A stretch of 64,000 nt of DNA from an uncultured Bacillales bacterium (GTDB lineage: Bacteria; Bacillota_I; Bacilli_A; RFN20; CAG-826), in NCBI GenBank assembly GCA_946409515.1, contig CAMJWS010000002.1:76506-140505 (forward strand). The letters are read 5' to 3'. The notes under the pieces were generated by a model. The model was given only the letters and a program-made list of their open reading frames with translations. It was not told the DNA's origin and made no database searches. This document shows, in pieces, positions 20,507-28,283 of the stretch (position 1 is its first letter; each line of letters opens with the position of its first letter). Position numbers and translations under genes: made by a program.

Positions 20507-21585
20507 TGAATAGAATTATTTTCGGTGGTGGTTTCGATCCAATTCACCTAGGACATATCAATATGGCCATTATGGCTCAACAAGCTTATCCTGGTGAAGT
20601 GGTTTTCGTTCCCGCGAAAATAGCGGTTTGGAAAAGTTCATCCATTAATCAAGAACACAAATTAGCGATGGTGCAGATTGCCATCAAAAATATTCCAGGC
20701 TTCAGCGTAGATACTTTTGAGCTTGATCAGCCTGAACAACCTCGTAGTTATCAAACAGTGGAGTATTTCAAGAAGAAATATCCTAATGATAAACTCTACT
20801 TTTTGATTGGCCAAGACCAAGTCAATGCCTTCCATGAATGGGCAAAACCGGAAGAAATCGCTAAAAACACCCAAATAATCTATTATGAAAGGCCAAAATA
20901 TGAACTAAACGAGGTCAATGTGGATAAATACCATATGATTGCGATTTCTGGTCCCACAATGGACGTTTCGTCATCTGATATTAGAGAACTTAGAAGCGCC
21001 TACCTTCAAGAAGATGTTATCCGCTACATCGAAGATAACGAACTTTATTTTATAAAGAAGCTCAAACCTCTTTTAAAAGAGAGCAGATTCAAACACTCCA
21101 AATCAGTGGCTCATATGGCTTATCAATTAGCGGAGCATCATCATTTAGATTTCTCTAAGGCTTATGTCGCTGGTATCTTACATGATGTTGCCAAAGGCAT
21201 CAGTGATGAAGAATCTTTAAGACAAATGAAAGAATTCTATCCAGGATTCTTAGATATTGGAGCGTATGCTTACCATCAATTCTTAGGAGCAATGGTGGCC
21301 CGTGATAAATTTGGCGTGGCTGATCCTGAAATCTTAGATGCAATTAAGTACCATACGACTGGAAGAAAGAAAATGGGCTGGTTAGAGAAGCTAGTTTTCG
21401 TCTCAGATAAGATTGAACCGACTCGTCCATATGACTCAAGCGGCCTCATAAAGGCGATGTATGAAGACTTTGAAAAAGGGTTTATAACCGTCTTAAAAGC
21501 CAATAGAGAATTCCTCATAAGCAAGGATAAAATGGTGGATAACAGGTTCACCGCAGACTGTTTCAAATACTATTTAGGCCTCTAA
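20506..21585 (+). CDS. nadD: fused nicotinate-nucleotide adenylyltransferase (NadD) / YqeK HD-domain phosphohydrolase
   Basis: N-terminal GGGFDPIHLGH nucleotidyltransferase motif. C-terminal H...HD (HSKSVA...ILHDVAK) HD domain. Single 359-aa ORF. Confidence 0.85.
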   Translation: MNRIIFGGGFDPIHLGHINMAIMAQQAYPGEVVFVPAKIAVWKSSSINQEHKLAMVQIAIKNIPGFSVDTFELDQPEQPRSYQTVEYFKKKYPNDKLYFLIGQDQVNAFHEWAKPEEIAKNTQIIYYERPKYELNEVNVDKYHMIAISGPTMDVSSSDIRELRSAYLQEDVIRYIEDNELYFIKKLKPLLKESRFKHSKSVAHMAYQLAEHHHLDFSKAYVAGILHDVAKGISDEESLRQMKEFYPGFLDIGAYAYHQFLGAMVARDKFGVADPEILDAIKYHTTGRKKMGWLEKLVFVSDKIEPTRPYDSSGLIKAMYEDFEKGFITVLKANREFLISKDKMVDNRFTADCFKYYLGL

Positions 21586-21611
21586 AATAGGGGAAAAGAT
21601 AGAATCAAATT

Positions 21612-21636
21612 GCCTCAGAAATGAGGCTTTTATTTT
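21612..21636 (+). terminator. intrinsic terminator after nadD-yqeK
   Basis: GCCTCA-gaaa-TGAGGC hairpin followed by TTTTATTTT. Confidence 0.75.
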
Positions 21637-21744
21637 GTCTATGGTTATTAACACACATTTGATATCAAAATCGCGAAAAACCACAAAAATAGGCAATTAA
21701 ATATTTAGAGTTTTTAGCCATAGATTAGGACAGAGAGTGAAGAA

Positions 21745-21777
21745 AGTGGATAAGTCGACTTTTCCACATTTTCCACA
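21745..21777. promoter_or_regulatory. three DnaA-box-like 9-mers (TTATCCACt on the minus strand; tandem TTtTCCACA x2 on the plus strand)
   Basis: AGTGGATAA at 21745-21753, and TTTTCCACA at 21760-21768 and 21769-21777. Each is 8/9 to TTATCCACA. Confidence 0.5.
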
Positions 21778-21798
21778 CGCTTTTACGAGAATATATTA

Positions 21799-21826
21799 AC
21801 TTCGTATAATTGCCATTATGTTAACT
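21799..21826. other. dif: dif-like XerCD recombination site (ACTTCGTATAA-TTGCCA-TTATGTTAACT)
   Basis: By-eye match to B. subtilis dif ACTTCCTAGAA-TATATA-TTATGTAAACT (9/11 and 10/11 in the arms) and to the E. coli XerD arm TTATGTTAAAT (10/11). It sits exactly at the point where gene orientation converges. Confidence 0.75.
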
Positions 21827-21915
21827 TTAATATATAAAAATAAAAACTTTACTATGTAATATAAAAGACTGACAAATGCTGTTTCTTACTTATTCACATA
21901 CATTCATCAGTCTAA

Positions 21916-21924
21916 ATATCCACA
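21916..21924 (+). promoter_or_regulatory. fourth DnaA-box-like 9-mer (aTATCCACA)
   Basis: 8/9 to TTATCCACA. It shares the longer word TCCACATTTTC with 21764-21774. Confidence 0.4.
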
Positions 21925-21946
21925 TTTTCGTAGATTTTTAAAACTA

Positions 21947-22567
21947 CTAGAAATCTACTAATGATTCAGTGTCATGTCTAACGTAATTATTTCTGATGTA
22001 GCCAAGCGTCACTGACCTTAGTAAATTTAGTTGTTCTCGCGTTAACCTATATTTTCTTATGATTTCAACGCACACTTCACCGTAATCTTTGATCAAATTC
22101 TTGTCGAATTGAGCATGTAGAGCGTTAATAGCTTTTTCACTTATTAAGCGTCTTTTATCAATGGCTCTTATTTGATTGATGACCGCGACTGTTCTGTGAC
22201 CGCTGTTGATTCCTCTAATTATTCCAAGTCGGATGTCACTTGCTGGATTAAGCTCTTTAGCCTTCTCGGATTTAAGCGGCACAACAGTAATCAGCGGATT
22301 CAATGTATTCGAGTCTAATAAAACTGCGACAAAGTGATCACCATGAAGTTCAGAACCAAATTCCATTGGGAATCTCGCTAAGTAAACATCGCCCGCTTTG
22401 ACGGTATATAGTGTTTCAAAATATTTGTACGCGAATAGATTAGTATTTAATTCGCCCATGTACCTTTTAGCGCTTGGTCCGTTTAAATATGGATGCGCCA
22501 TTGGAATTCGTCTCTTCCTAAGGATTAACTGCTGTCTTTCCTTAACAGTAACTTTATCGTCTACCAT
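21947..22567 (-). CDS. MazF/PemK-fold protein with N- and C-terminal extensions, no adjacent antitoxin
   Basis: The core GDVYLARF...GSELHGDHFVAVLL...ITVVPLKS...VAVINQIRAIDKRRL follows the MazF/PemK pattern (GD-Y..F..GSE..G.RP.VV...VVPLTS...QIR.IDK.RL). 206 aa versus about 115 for a typical MazF. Strong RBS AAAGGAGG. Confidence 0.6.
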   Translation of the reverse strand: MVDDKVTVKERQQLILRKRRIPMAHPYLNGPSAKRYMGELNTNLFAYKYFETLYTVKAGDVYLARFPMEFGSELHGDHFVAVLLDSNTLNPLITVVPLKSEKAKELNPASDIRLGIIRGINSGHRTVAVINQIRAIDKRRLISEKAINALHAQFDKNLIKDYGEVCVEIIRKYRLTREQLNLLRSVTLGYIRNNYVRHDTESLVDF

Positions 22568-22621
22568 TTTCTATATTTCCTCCTTTCTAGGGGCTCTTCC
22601 TAATTCCAAATTAAAACGGAA

Positions 22622-22655
22622 AAAAGCAAAAGAAAAGAGCATATTTGGTATGCCC
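22622..22655 (-). terminator. intrinsic terminator after deoB
   Basis: Minus strand: GGGCATA-ccaaa-TATGCTC (one G-U pair) followed by TTTTCTTTT. Confidence 0.6.
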
Positions 22656-22690
22656 TTCCTTGTAAGACTATCGCATAAATTTTTTAGCAA

Positions 22691-23896
22691 CTAGTCAAAT
22701 AATTCTTCAATTGGCTTTCCGAGTAAGTGTTCTGGTTTAGCGATTCCGAAGTTTTTAAGAACGGTCGCCCCGATATCGGCGAAAGATGCTCTTTCAGGAA
22801 GAAGTCCACCATTCTTGAACGCCTTATTATAAATAATAAGAGGTATTTTTTCTCTTGTGTGGTCAGTGCCAGTCCAAGTTGGATCGTTACCATGGTCCGC
22901 AGTGATGATTAACAAATCATCGTCTTTAAGGAATGGTAAGAGTTCCCCGACTCTCTTATCAAATCTTTCAATACATTCACCATATCCAATTGGATTTCTT
23001 CTATGGCCGTATTCACTATCGAATTCCACTAAGTTAACAAAGCATAAACCGGTGAAATCATGGTTTTTAGCCTCGTCAATGGTCTTATCCATACCATCTT
23101 CGTTAGAGACAGTCTTTTGTGTCTTAACAACGCCATACATGTCGAAAATGTCACCAATCTTACCGACACAGCTTGTCATAAAGCCGTTATCTTGTAAGAC
23201 GTTCATGACTGTTGGAGCGCTTGGCTTAAGTGCTAAGTCATGTCTATGGCCTGTAACACGTTTGAAATTAGTCTTATCTGTACCGATATATGGTCTAGCG
23301 ATGATTCTTCCGACCATCCATTCAGGTTTCATACAGATTTCACGAGCGATTTCACAGCAGCGGTATAATTCTTCTAAGCCAGTGACTTCTTCGTGTGCAG
23401 CGATTTGAAGAACGCTGTCGCTAGAGGTGTAAACAATAAGAGAATTGTCTCTACATTGTTCTTCACCAAGTTCCACTAAGATTTCAGTGCCAGAAGCAGC
23501 TTTATTACCAATCACTTTGTGACCAGTTCTTTTTTCTAATTCATCAATGAGTTCTTTTGGAAATCCTGTGTCAGTAAATGTCTTAAAAGGTGTGACAGTA
23601 TTGATACCCATGATTTCCCAGTGACCAGTCATTGTGTCTTTGCCATTACTCACTTCGTGAGCCTTAGTGATAAAGGATTGTGGATGGTTCACTTTACTTG
23701 TGCCTTTAATTGGATCTAGGTCACCCATACCCATCGCGTTCATCACTGGGACGTTTAAGCCGTTAGGCATTTTTTCACCAATGTGGACTAAGGTATTGGA
23801 ACCTTTATCACCAAACTTATCAGCGTCTGGAAGATAACCGCTGCCCATAGAGTCAGCAACGATTACAAAAATTCTCTTAAAACGATAATTTTTCAT
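22691..23896 (-). CDS. deoB: phosphopentomutase
   Basis: 401 aa alkaline-phosphatase superfamily. TADHGNDPTWTGTDHTRE motif. Confidence 0.93.
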   Translation of the reverse strand: MKNYRFKRIFVIVADSMGSGYLPDADKFGDKGSNTLVHIGEKMPNGLNVPVMNAMGMGDLDPIKGTSKVNHPQSFITKAHEVSNGKDTMTGHWEIMGINTVTPFKTFTDTGFPKELIDELEKRTGHKVIGNKAASGTEILVELGEEQCRDNSLIVYTSSDSVLQIAAHEEVTGLEELYRCCEIAREICMKPEWMVGRIIARPYIGTDKTNFKRVTGHRHDLALKPSAPTVMNVLQDNGFMTSCVGKIGDIFDMYGVVKTQKTVSNEDGMDKTIDEAKNHDFTGLCFVNLVEFDSEYGHRRNPIGYGECIERFDKRVGELLPFLKDDDLLIITADHGNDPTWTGTDHTREKIPLIIYNKAFKNGGLLPERASFADIGATVLKNFGIAKPEHLLGKPIEELFD

Positions 23897-23906
23897 TCTT
23901 TTTTCC

Positions 23907-24782
23907 TCACTTCATAATCTTATCATAATCTGACTTCAGTTTCTCACTAGAAACATGCGTATATATTTGCGTTGTCGCAATATTTGTGTGTCCAAGCATC
24001 CCTTGCACCATACGTAATTGTGCGCCATGGTTGAGTAAATGCGTCGCAAAGCTATGTCTAAGCGTGTGTGGAGAGATAGTCATCTCAATGCCTGCCAATT
24101 CGGCATATTCACGCACTTTCTTAAAGAAATAAACTCTGCTGAGAGGATTTCCGCTTCTATTTAGAAACAGATAGTCGCTCTTTTTAAATTCGCTTTTGTT
24201 ACGGACTTCGCTGATATATTTTTTGATATATTCTACGGCGTACTCAGCGATTGGGACTTTCCTCTCCTTAGCGCCTTTGCCAAAGACAGTAATAATACAC
24301 TTATTTAGGTTCACTTGTCCACGTTTAAGATTTAAAAGTTCACTAACTCTTAATCCTGAGGAGTACATTGTCTCTAACATTGCTCTATCTCTAATCCCAC
24401 TTGGAGAAGTTAAATCAGGAGCTTCTAAAAGCCTATCAATCTCTTCTTCACTTAAGCAGTTTGGTAAATGCTTTGGCTTTTTAGGTGTCTCAATATCAGG
24501 AATATTGCCAGTAAAATAGCCTTCTTTCTTAAGAAAAAGATAGAAACTACGAGTGGAACTTAATCTTCTTAAAGCGGTAGAAACAGACTTGCCTAAAGAA
24601 AGTTCAAACTTTAGAAACTCATAAAGGTCAGTTTCTAATAAATCACTTGTGTCTTTCTTATCGGAAAAATAGTTAAAGAAGGCTTGTAAGTCTTCTAAAT
24701 AAGAAACCCAAGTCTGTGGAGAAAGGCCACGTTCCACTAAAACGTATTGGTGAAATAAATCAACGGCGTCTACTATTTCCAT
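23907..24782 (-). CDS. xerD: tyrosine site-specific recombinase, XerD-like
   Basis: R...HxxR...Y catalytic set (GLRVSEL, HTLRHSFATHLLNHGAQLRMVQGMLGH, TQIYTHV). The NHGA-LR-VQ signature resembles XerD/RipX. Lies next to deoB. Confidence 0.85.
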   Translation of the reverse strand: MEIVDAVDLFHQYVLVERGLSPQTWVSYLEDLQAFFNYFSDKKDTSDLLETDLYEFLKFELSLGKSVSTALRRLSSTRSFYLFLKKEGYFTGNIPDIETPKKPKHLPNCLSEEEIDRLLEAPDLTSPSGIRDRAMLETMYSSGLRVSELLNLKRGQVNLNKCIITVFGKGAKERKVPIAEYAVEYIKKYISEVRNKSEFKKSDYLFLNRSGNPLSRVYFFKKVREYAELAGIEMTISPHTLRHSFATHLLNHGAQLRMVQGMLGHTNIATTQIYTHVSSEKLKSDYDKIMK

Positions 24783-25956
24783 CTTTCTTTACCTCACTTG
24801 CTCTTTTTAATAATGGCTTCTTTAAAGAACGATTTAAATCGTTAATGAGTAATTTAGTGGCACTTTCTTCTTCGTGCTTAGAATAGTCGAATAAACTCAT
24901 TTGTACCGCCATTTCTTGATAATCGATGAGATTTTGTAATGTGATTCCCACAAGTCTAAGCGTCATACGTGAGAAATTCTTCTCGTATAAAGCGCAGGCG
25001 ACATCATAAATGGTTTCCCATTTGTTTGTGGGATTTTCAAAAGTCATCGATTTATTAAATGATTTAAATGTTTGGTCTTTGACTACGATTTGGACAGTAT
25101 GGCCAAGCTTATCTTCTTTTATCGCGCGTTCCGAGACCTCTTTAGCGAGTTCTAAAAAGAACTCCTTAATCTTTGCTTTGTTATCAGTGTCATATGGAAG
25201 GGTCGTTGAATTACCAATAGACTTAGGATCCCATTTCTCTAATTCGATTTCATCAGAACCTTTACCTTCAAGCCATTCTTTTAATGTATAGAAGAATTTA
25301 CCGGTGATGTTTTTAACATCTTCATCATCATTTTCTAGTTTCTGATATAAGTCTCCGATAGTCTTGATGCCAACACTCTTTAATCTAGGCGCAGTTCTTT
25401 TACCCACTCCAAACATTGATTCCACTTTGAGTGGGAATAAGATGTTTTCAATATCACGCTTATGAATAATTGTTAAGCCCATTGGCTTTTGATAATCACT
25501 GGCCATTTTGGCTAAAAATCTTGTTGTAGAAACACCAATGGAACACTTTAAACCTGTTTCTTTAAATAAATCTGCTTGTAGTTTTCTAAAGAAAAATACG
25601 ACATCACTTTGTCCTTTAACAGCGTCAGTGAAGTCTGCGAAGCATTCATCAACAGAGGCTGGTTCAACAAGCTTTGTATATCTTCTCACGAAGCTGAAGA
25701 ACTTCTTACTCATTGAGGAATAATAATGATAGTCACCAGGTATGATGATTAAGTTAGGACAAAGCTGTTTAGCCTTAAACATCGGCATAGCCGAAGAGAC
25801 GCCATATTTTCTCGCAGCATATGAGCACGTTGAAACAATCCCGCCTCGACCATCATGGCCAATAGCCACAGGTTTATTTTCTAATGAGGGATCTTTGATT
25901 TCTTCACATCTCGCAAAGAAAGCATTAAGGTCAATATGGACAATAACTTTGCTCAT
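24760..25956 (-). CDS. dinB: DNA polymerase IV (Y-family)
   Basis: N-terminus MSKVIVHIDLNAFFA and SVDECF motif. Start set at the ATG at 25956, not the longer track ORF. Confidence 0.9.
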   Translation of the reverse strand: MSKVIVHIDLNAFFARCEEIKDPSLENKPVAIGHDGRGGIVSTCSYAARKYGVSSAMPMFKAKQLCPNLIIIPGDYHYYSSMSKKFFSFVRRYTKLVEPASVDECFADFTDAVKGQSDVVFFFRKLQADLFKETGLKCSIGVSTTRFLAKMASDYQKPMGLTIIHKRDIENILFPLKVESMFGVGKRTAPRLKSVGIKTIGDLYQKLENDDEDVKNITGKFFYTLKEWLEGKGSDEIELEKWDPKSIGNSTTLPYDTDNKAKIKEFFLELAKEVSERAIKEDKLGHTVQIVVKDQTFKSFNKSMTFENPTNKWETIYDVACALYEKNFSRMTLRLVGITLQNLIDYQEMAVQMSLFDYSKHEEESATKLLINDLNRSLKKPLLKRASEVKKDGNSRRR

Positions 25957-25962
25957 ACCTAC

Positions 25963-25991
25963 ATTATATATGCGCATGGGGATTATGTTAA
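25963..25991 (-). promoter_or_regulatory. near-consensus promoter TTAACA-17-TATAAT ending 6 nt before the dinB ATG (leaderless candidate)
   Basis: Minus strand reads TTAACA-TAATCCCCATGCGCATA-TATAAT-GTAGGT-ATG. Confidence 0.55.
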
Positions 25992-26005
25992 CTAATATTA
26001 TTAGC

Positions 26006-26030
26006 AAAATAAAATCCTGTCAAAACAGGA
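26006..26030 (-). terminator. intrinsic terminator after xseB
   Basis: Minus strand: TCCTGT-tttg-ACAGGA followed by TTTTATTTT. Confidence 0.7.
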
Positions 26031-26091
26031 CATTATTTGTAATACAAAGTATTATATCTACTAAATAACCACTAGTAAAATACTATGAAAA

Positions 26092-26286
26092 TTATTTGTT
26101 TTCGATGACTTTTTCAACCTTTTCTTCAGCGTCTTTTAAGGCTTTTTCTAACTTTTTGATGATCTCTTGGCCTTCCTTGTAGAGGTTTAAGCATTCATCT
26201 AAAGGGAGTTTTTCTGAGGAGATATTAGCGACTATCTCATCTAATCTTTTCATCTCTTTTTCAAAGTCAAATTGCTTTTCTTCCAT
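26092..26286 (-). CDS. xseB: exodeoxyribonuclease VII small subunit
   Basis: 64-aa helical protein immediately after xseA (LEEIV..L....L.L.E.L..Y.EG pattern). Confidence 0.85.
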   Translation of the reverse strand: MEEKQFDFEKEMKRLDEIVANISSEKLPLDECLNLYKEGQEIIKKLEKALKDAEEKVEKVIENK

Positions 26287-26287
26287 A

Positions 26288-27427
26288 CTATTTTTTCTCC
26301 GTGTCTATGACTTCGCTATTAATGATACCATCTTTCAAGATGGTTCTAATCTTTTGTCCTTGTTTAACTTGCTTAATATCACTCACTGGCTTACCTTCTT
26401 CATCCACAGTTAAGGAGAAACCACGGTTAATAACATTATCAGGATTAAGTGCTTCTAGAGCGACTTTCTTATGGGCTAATAGTTCTTTATAATGGCCCAC
26501 TAATTGCCTGATCTCTAAATCTAAATCTTCTTTAAAAGAAGATAAATCGTCTTTCATACCTTGAATACGGCTCTTTAAGCTTTCTTCCATATCCTGTAAA
26601 GCAAATGAAAGCTTTTCTTCTATTTCTCTACGGTCGACAGTCGCAAGTTCCGCTGCCGCCGTTGGCGTAGATGCGCGCTTATCAGCGACAAAGTCCACGA
26701 GCGTTGAGTCTATTTCATGACCAATACAGGCGATTACAGGCATTTTGCTATTAGCAATGGCTCGTACTAATGCTTCATCATTAAAAGCGCTTAAATCCTC
26801 GCTAGCGCCACCTCCGCGGCCAATTAGAAGCGTGTCTAATGGATAAGTCTGGGCTAATTGGAATGCTTTAAGTAATTCTTTAGGCGCATTTTCACCTTGT
26901 ACCGCACTATAGAAGACATAAATATCAGCGATTGGATATCTGCGTTTGATGTTAAATAAGATGTCCTTAATAGCCGCACTATTAGGCGCAGTAATAACAC
27001 CGATGGCGTTTGGATAAAGATTTATCTTTCTTTTCCTAGATTCATCGAACAAGCCTTCTTCTAGGAGTTTCTTTTTAAGCTTTTCTAGTTCTAAGAGCTG
27101 TTGACCAGCGCCTACTTCTTCCATTTGATAGACGATGATTTGATATGTGCCTCTACCTGGATAGGCATCAATAGAACCAAAGACGACAACTTCTTGACCG
27201 TTTTCTGGCTTGAAGTTGATTCTACCTGCGTAATTAGAGAACATCATTGCACCAATTAAAGACTTATCGTCCTTAAGGGAAAAATAAAAATGACCGTTAC
27301 TAGCCATTTTAAAATTGGAGATTTCTCCTTTAACGTAGATGTATTTTAAATTTTCATCACTGCTAATGAGAGCTTTAATGTATTGATTGATATCGCTGAC
27401 TGTAAAGACTGGGCGATCTTGGTTCAT
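26288..27427 (-). CDS. xseA: exodeoxyribonuclease VII large subunit
   Basis: N-terminal OB fold (VKGEISNFK), central catalytic region (GRGGGS.EDL..FN), coiled-coil tail. Confidence 0.9.
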   Translation of the reverse strand: MNQDRPVFTVSDINQYIKALISSDENLKYIYVKGEISNFKMASNGHFYFSLKDDKSLIGAMMFSNYAGRINFKPENGQEVVVFGSIDAYPGRGTYQIIVYQMEEVGAGQQLLELEKLKKKLLEEGLFDESRKRKINLYPNAIGVITAPNSAAIKDILFNIKRRYPIADIYVFYSAVQGENAPKELLKAFQLAQTYPLDTLLIGRGGGASEDLSAFNDEALVRAIANSKMPVIACIGHEIDSTLVDFVADKRASTPTAAAELATVDRREIEEKLSFALQDMEESLKSRIQGMKDDLSSFKEDLDLEIRQLVGHYKELLAHKKVALEALNPDNVINRGFSLTVDEEGKPVSDIKQVKQGQKIRTILKDGIINSEVIDTEKK

Positions 27428-27849
27428 TATAAGACCTCATCAAGGATAGCGTTGATAAACTTTGCTTGTTTCTCTTCGATATATTTTTTAGCGAGTTCCA
27501 CTGCGGTATTGATAACGATGCGTTTATCAATCTTCTCTACATAGTAGAAATGCGCATAGCTCATTAATAAAACGGCTTGTGTTAATAATGGTAATCTTTC
27601 CCATTTCCAGTTTCTTAAATGAGGTTGGAAAGCACAGATAATTGCACCATAGTTATTTAAAACGCTAGAAATCATGTTTTGCACATAAGCACTGTGTTCC
27701 TTAAATGGACGAGGATCATCAGTCATTTCTGTGATGATTTCATCAACATCACGAAAGTTATGTTCTCTGCTAGCCACTTGGTCAGCAATTTCGTCATAGA
27801 TGACGGTCATGATTATAAAGTTTTCTTGATTGCGAGATATTTTTTCCAT
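27427..27849 (-). CDS. nusB: transcription antitermination factor NusB
   Basis: 140-aa all-helical protein in the nusB-xseA-xseB order, with start/stop overlap to xseA. Confidence 0.85.
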   Translation of the reverse strand: MEKISRNQENFIIMTVIYDEIADQVASREHNFRDVDEIITEMTDDPRPFKEHSAYVQNMISSVLNNYGAIICAFQPHLRNWKWERLPLLTQAVLLMSYAHFYYVEKIDKRIVINTAVELAKKYIEEKQAKFINAILDEVL

Positions 27850-27869
27850 AAAAAAAGACTGTTAATGAA

Positions 27870-28211
27870 TTAAATGATTGATATAACTTTGACTTGCACG
27901 TCAAATGGTACCTGTTCAGTGGCCATTAAGAATGCGTTAGTAATTTCATCTTGGATGTTATGTGTCACTTCTTGTAAGTTTGTGCCCTTAGTGACATCAA
28001 CAGCAACCCAGACGTGAACGATACCGCGTCTAATGGTTGTTTGAACTGGTCTATTAAGACGAATCTTCTGATTGCGCTTCATATGCGCACTACTCATGGA
28101 GATGCCTTTAACGCTCGCTAAAGCATTCGTCACTAATGCATCAAAGACATTGAGTGAGATTGCAACTTTTCCTTTGTTTGAGTAGTTATCAATATAGACG
28201 TAGTCTGCCAT
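27870..28211 (-). CDS. Asp23/Gls24 family envelope stress protein (YqhY-like)
   Basis: 113 aa, Asp23-like (V.V.V.V pattern, GVVHVWVAVDV). Lies upstream of nusB as yqhY does in Bacillus. Confidence 0.8.
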   Translation of the reverse strand: MADYVYIDNYSNKGKVAISLNVFDALVTNALASVKGISMSSAHMKRNQKIRLNRPVQTTIRRGIVHVWVAVDVTKGTNLQEVTHNIQDEITNAFLMATEQVPFDVQVKVISII

Positions 28212-28283
28212 AATTTGTACCTACTAATAATATATCTTAAATATATTCGTTTGTAAAAGAGTAAATCGTTAATCTTTGTGCGG

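Noticed and set aside
21745-21924. Interpreting the DnaA-box cluster as the chromosomal origin (oriC).
   Set aside because: Gene orientation converges rather than diverges here. A dif-like site lies between the boxes. There is no dnaA, dnaN or rpmH, and no obvious AT-rich 13-mer-type unwinding repeats.
21930-21958. The inverted repeat GTAGATTT-N13-AAATCTAC spanning the stop codon of the MazF-like gene, as a terminator.
   Set aside because: No U-tract follows it on the minus strand, and half of it is coding. I keep it only as a possible weak hairpin, not as a called terminator.
22668-22690. A second dif-like half site (TCGCATAA, resembling the E. coli XerC arm) on the other side of the MazF-like gene. 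If real, it would suggest an IMEX-type insertion.
   Set aside because: Only a 7-8-nt match exists. The expected XerD arm after a 6-nt spacer (TAGCAACTAGT) does not resemble TTATGTNAA. No integrase or other mobile genes are present, and the GC content of the gene looks like its surroundings.
22857-23408. A 183-aa plus-strand ORF, and similar track ORFs at 4628-4948, 24196-24519, 25742-26068, 31120-31434, 34243-34659, 34527-34946, 17566-17886 and 57474-57812.
   Set aside because: All lie antisense to, or out of frame within, strongly supported housekeeping genes (deoB, dnaG, xerD, dinB, aspS, relA, parC, tig/TPR). Their products are low-complexity or Ser/Leu/Lys-rich with no start signals. These are typical shadow ORFs.
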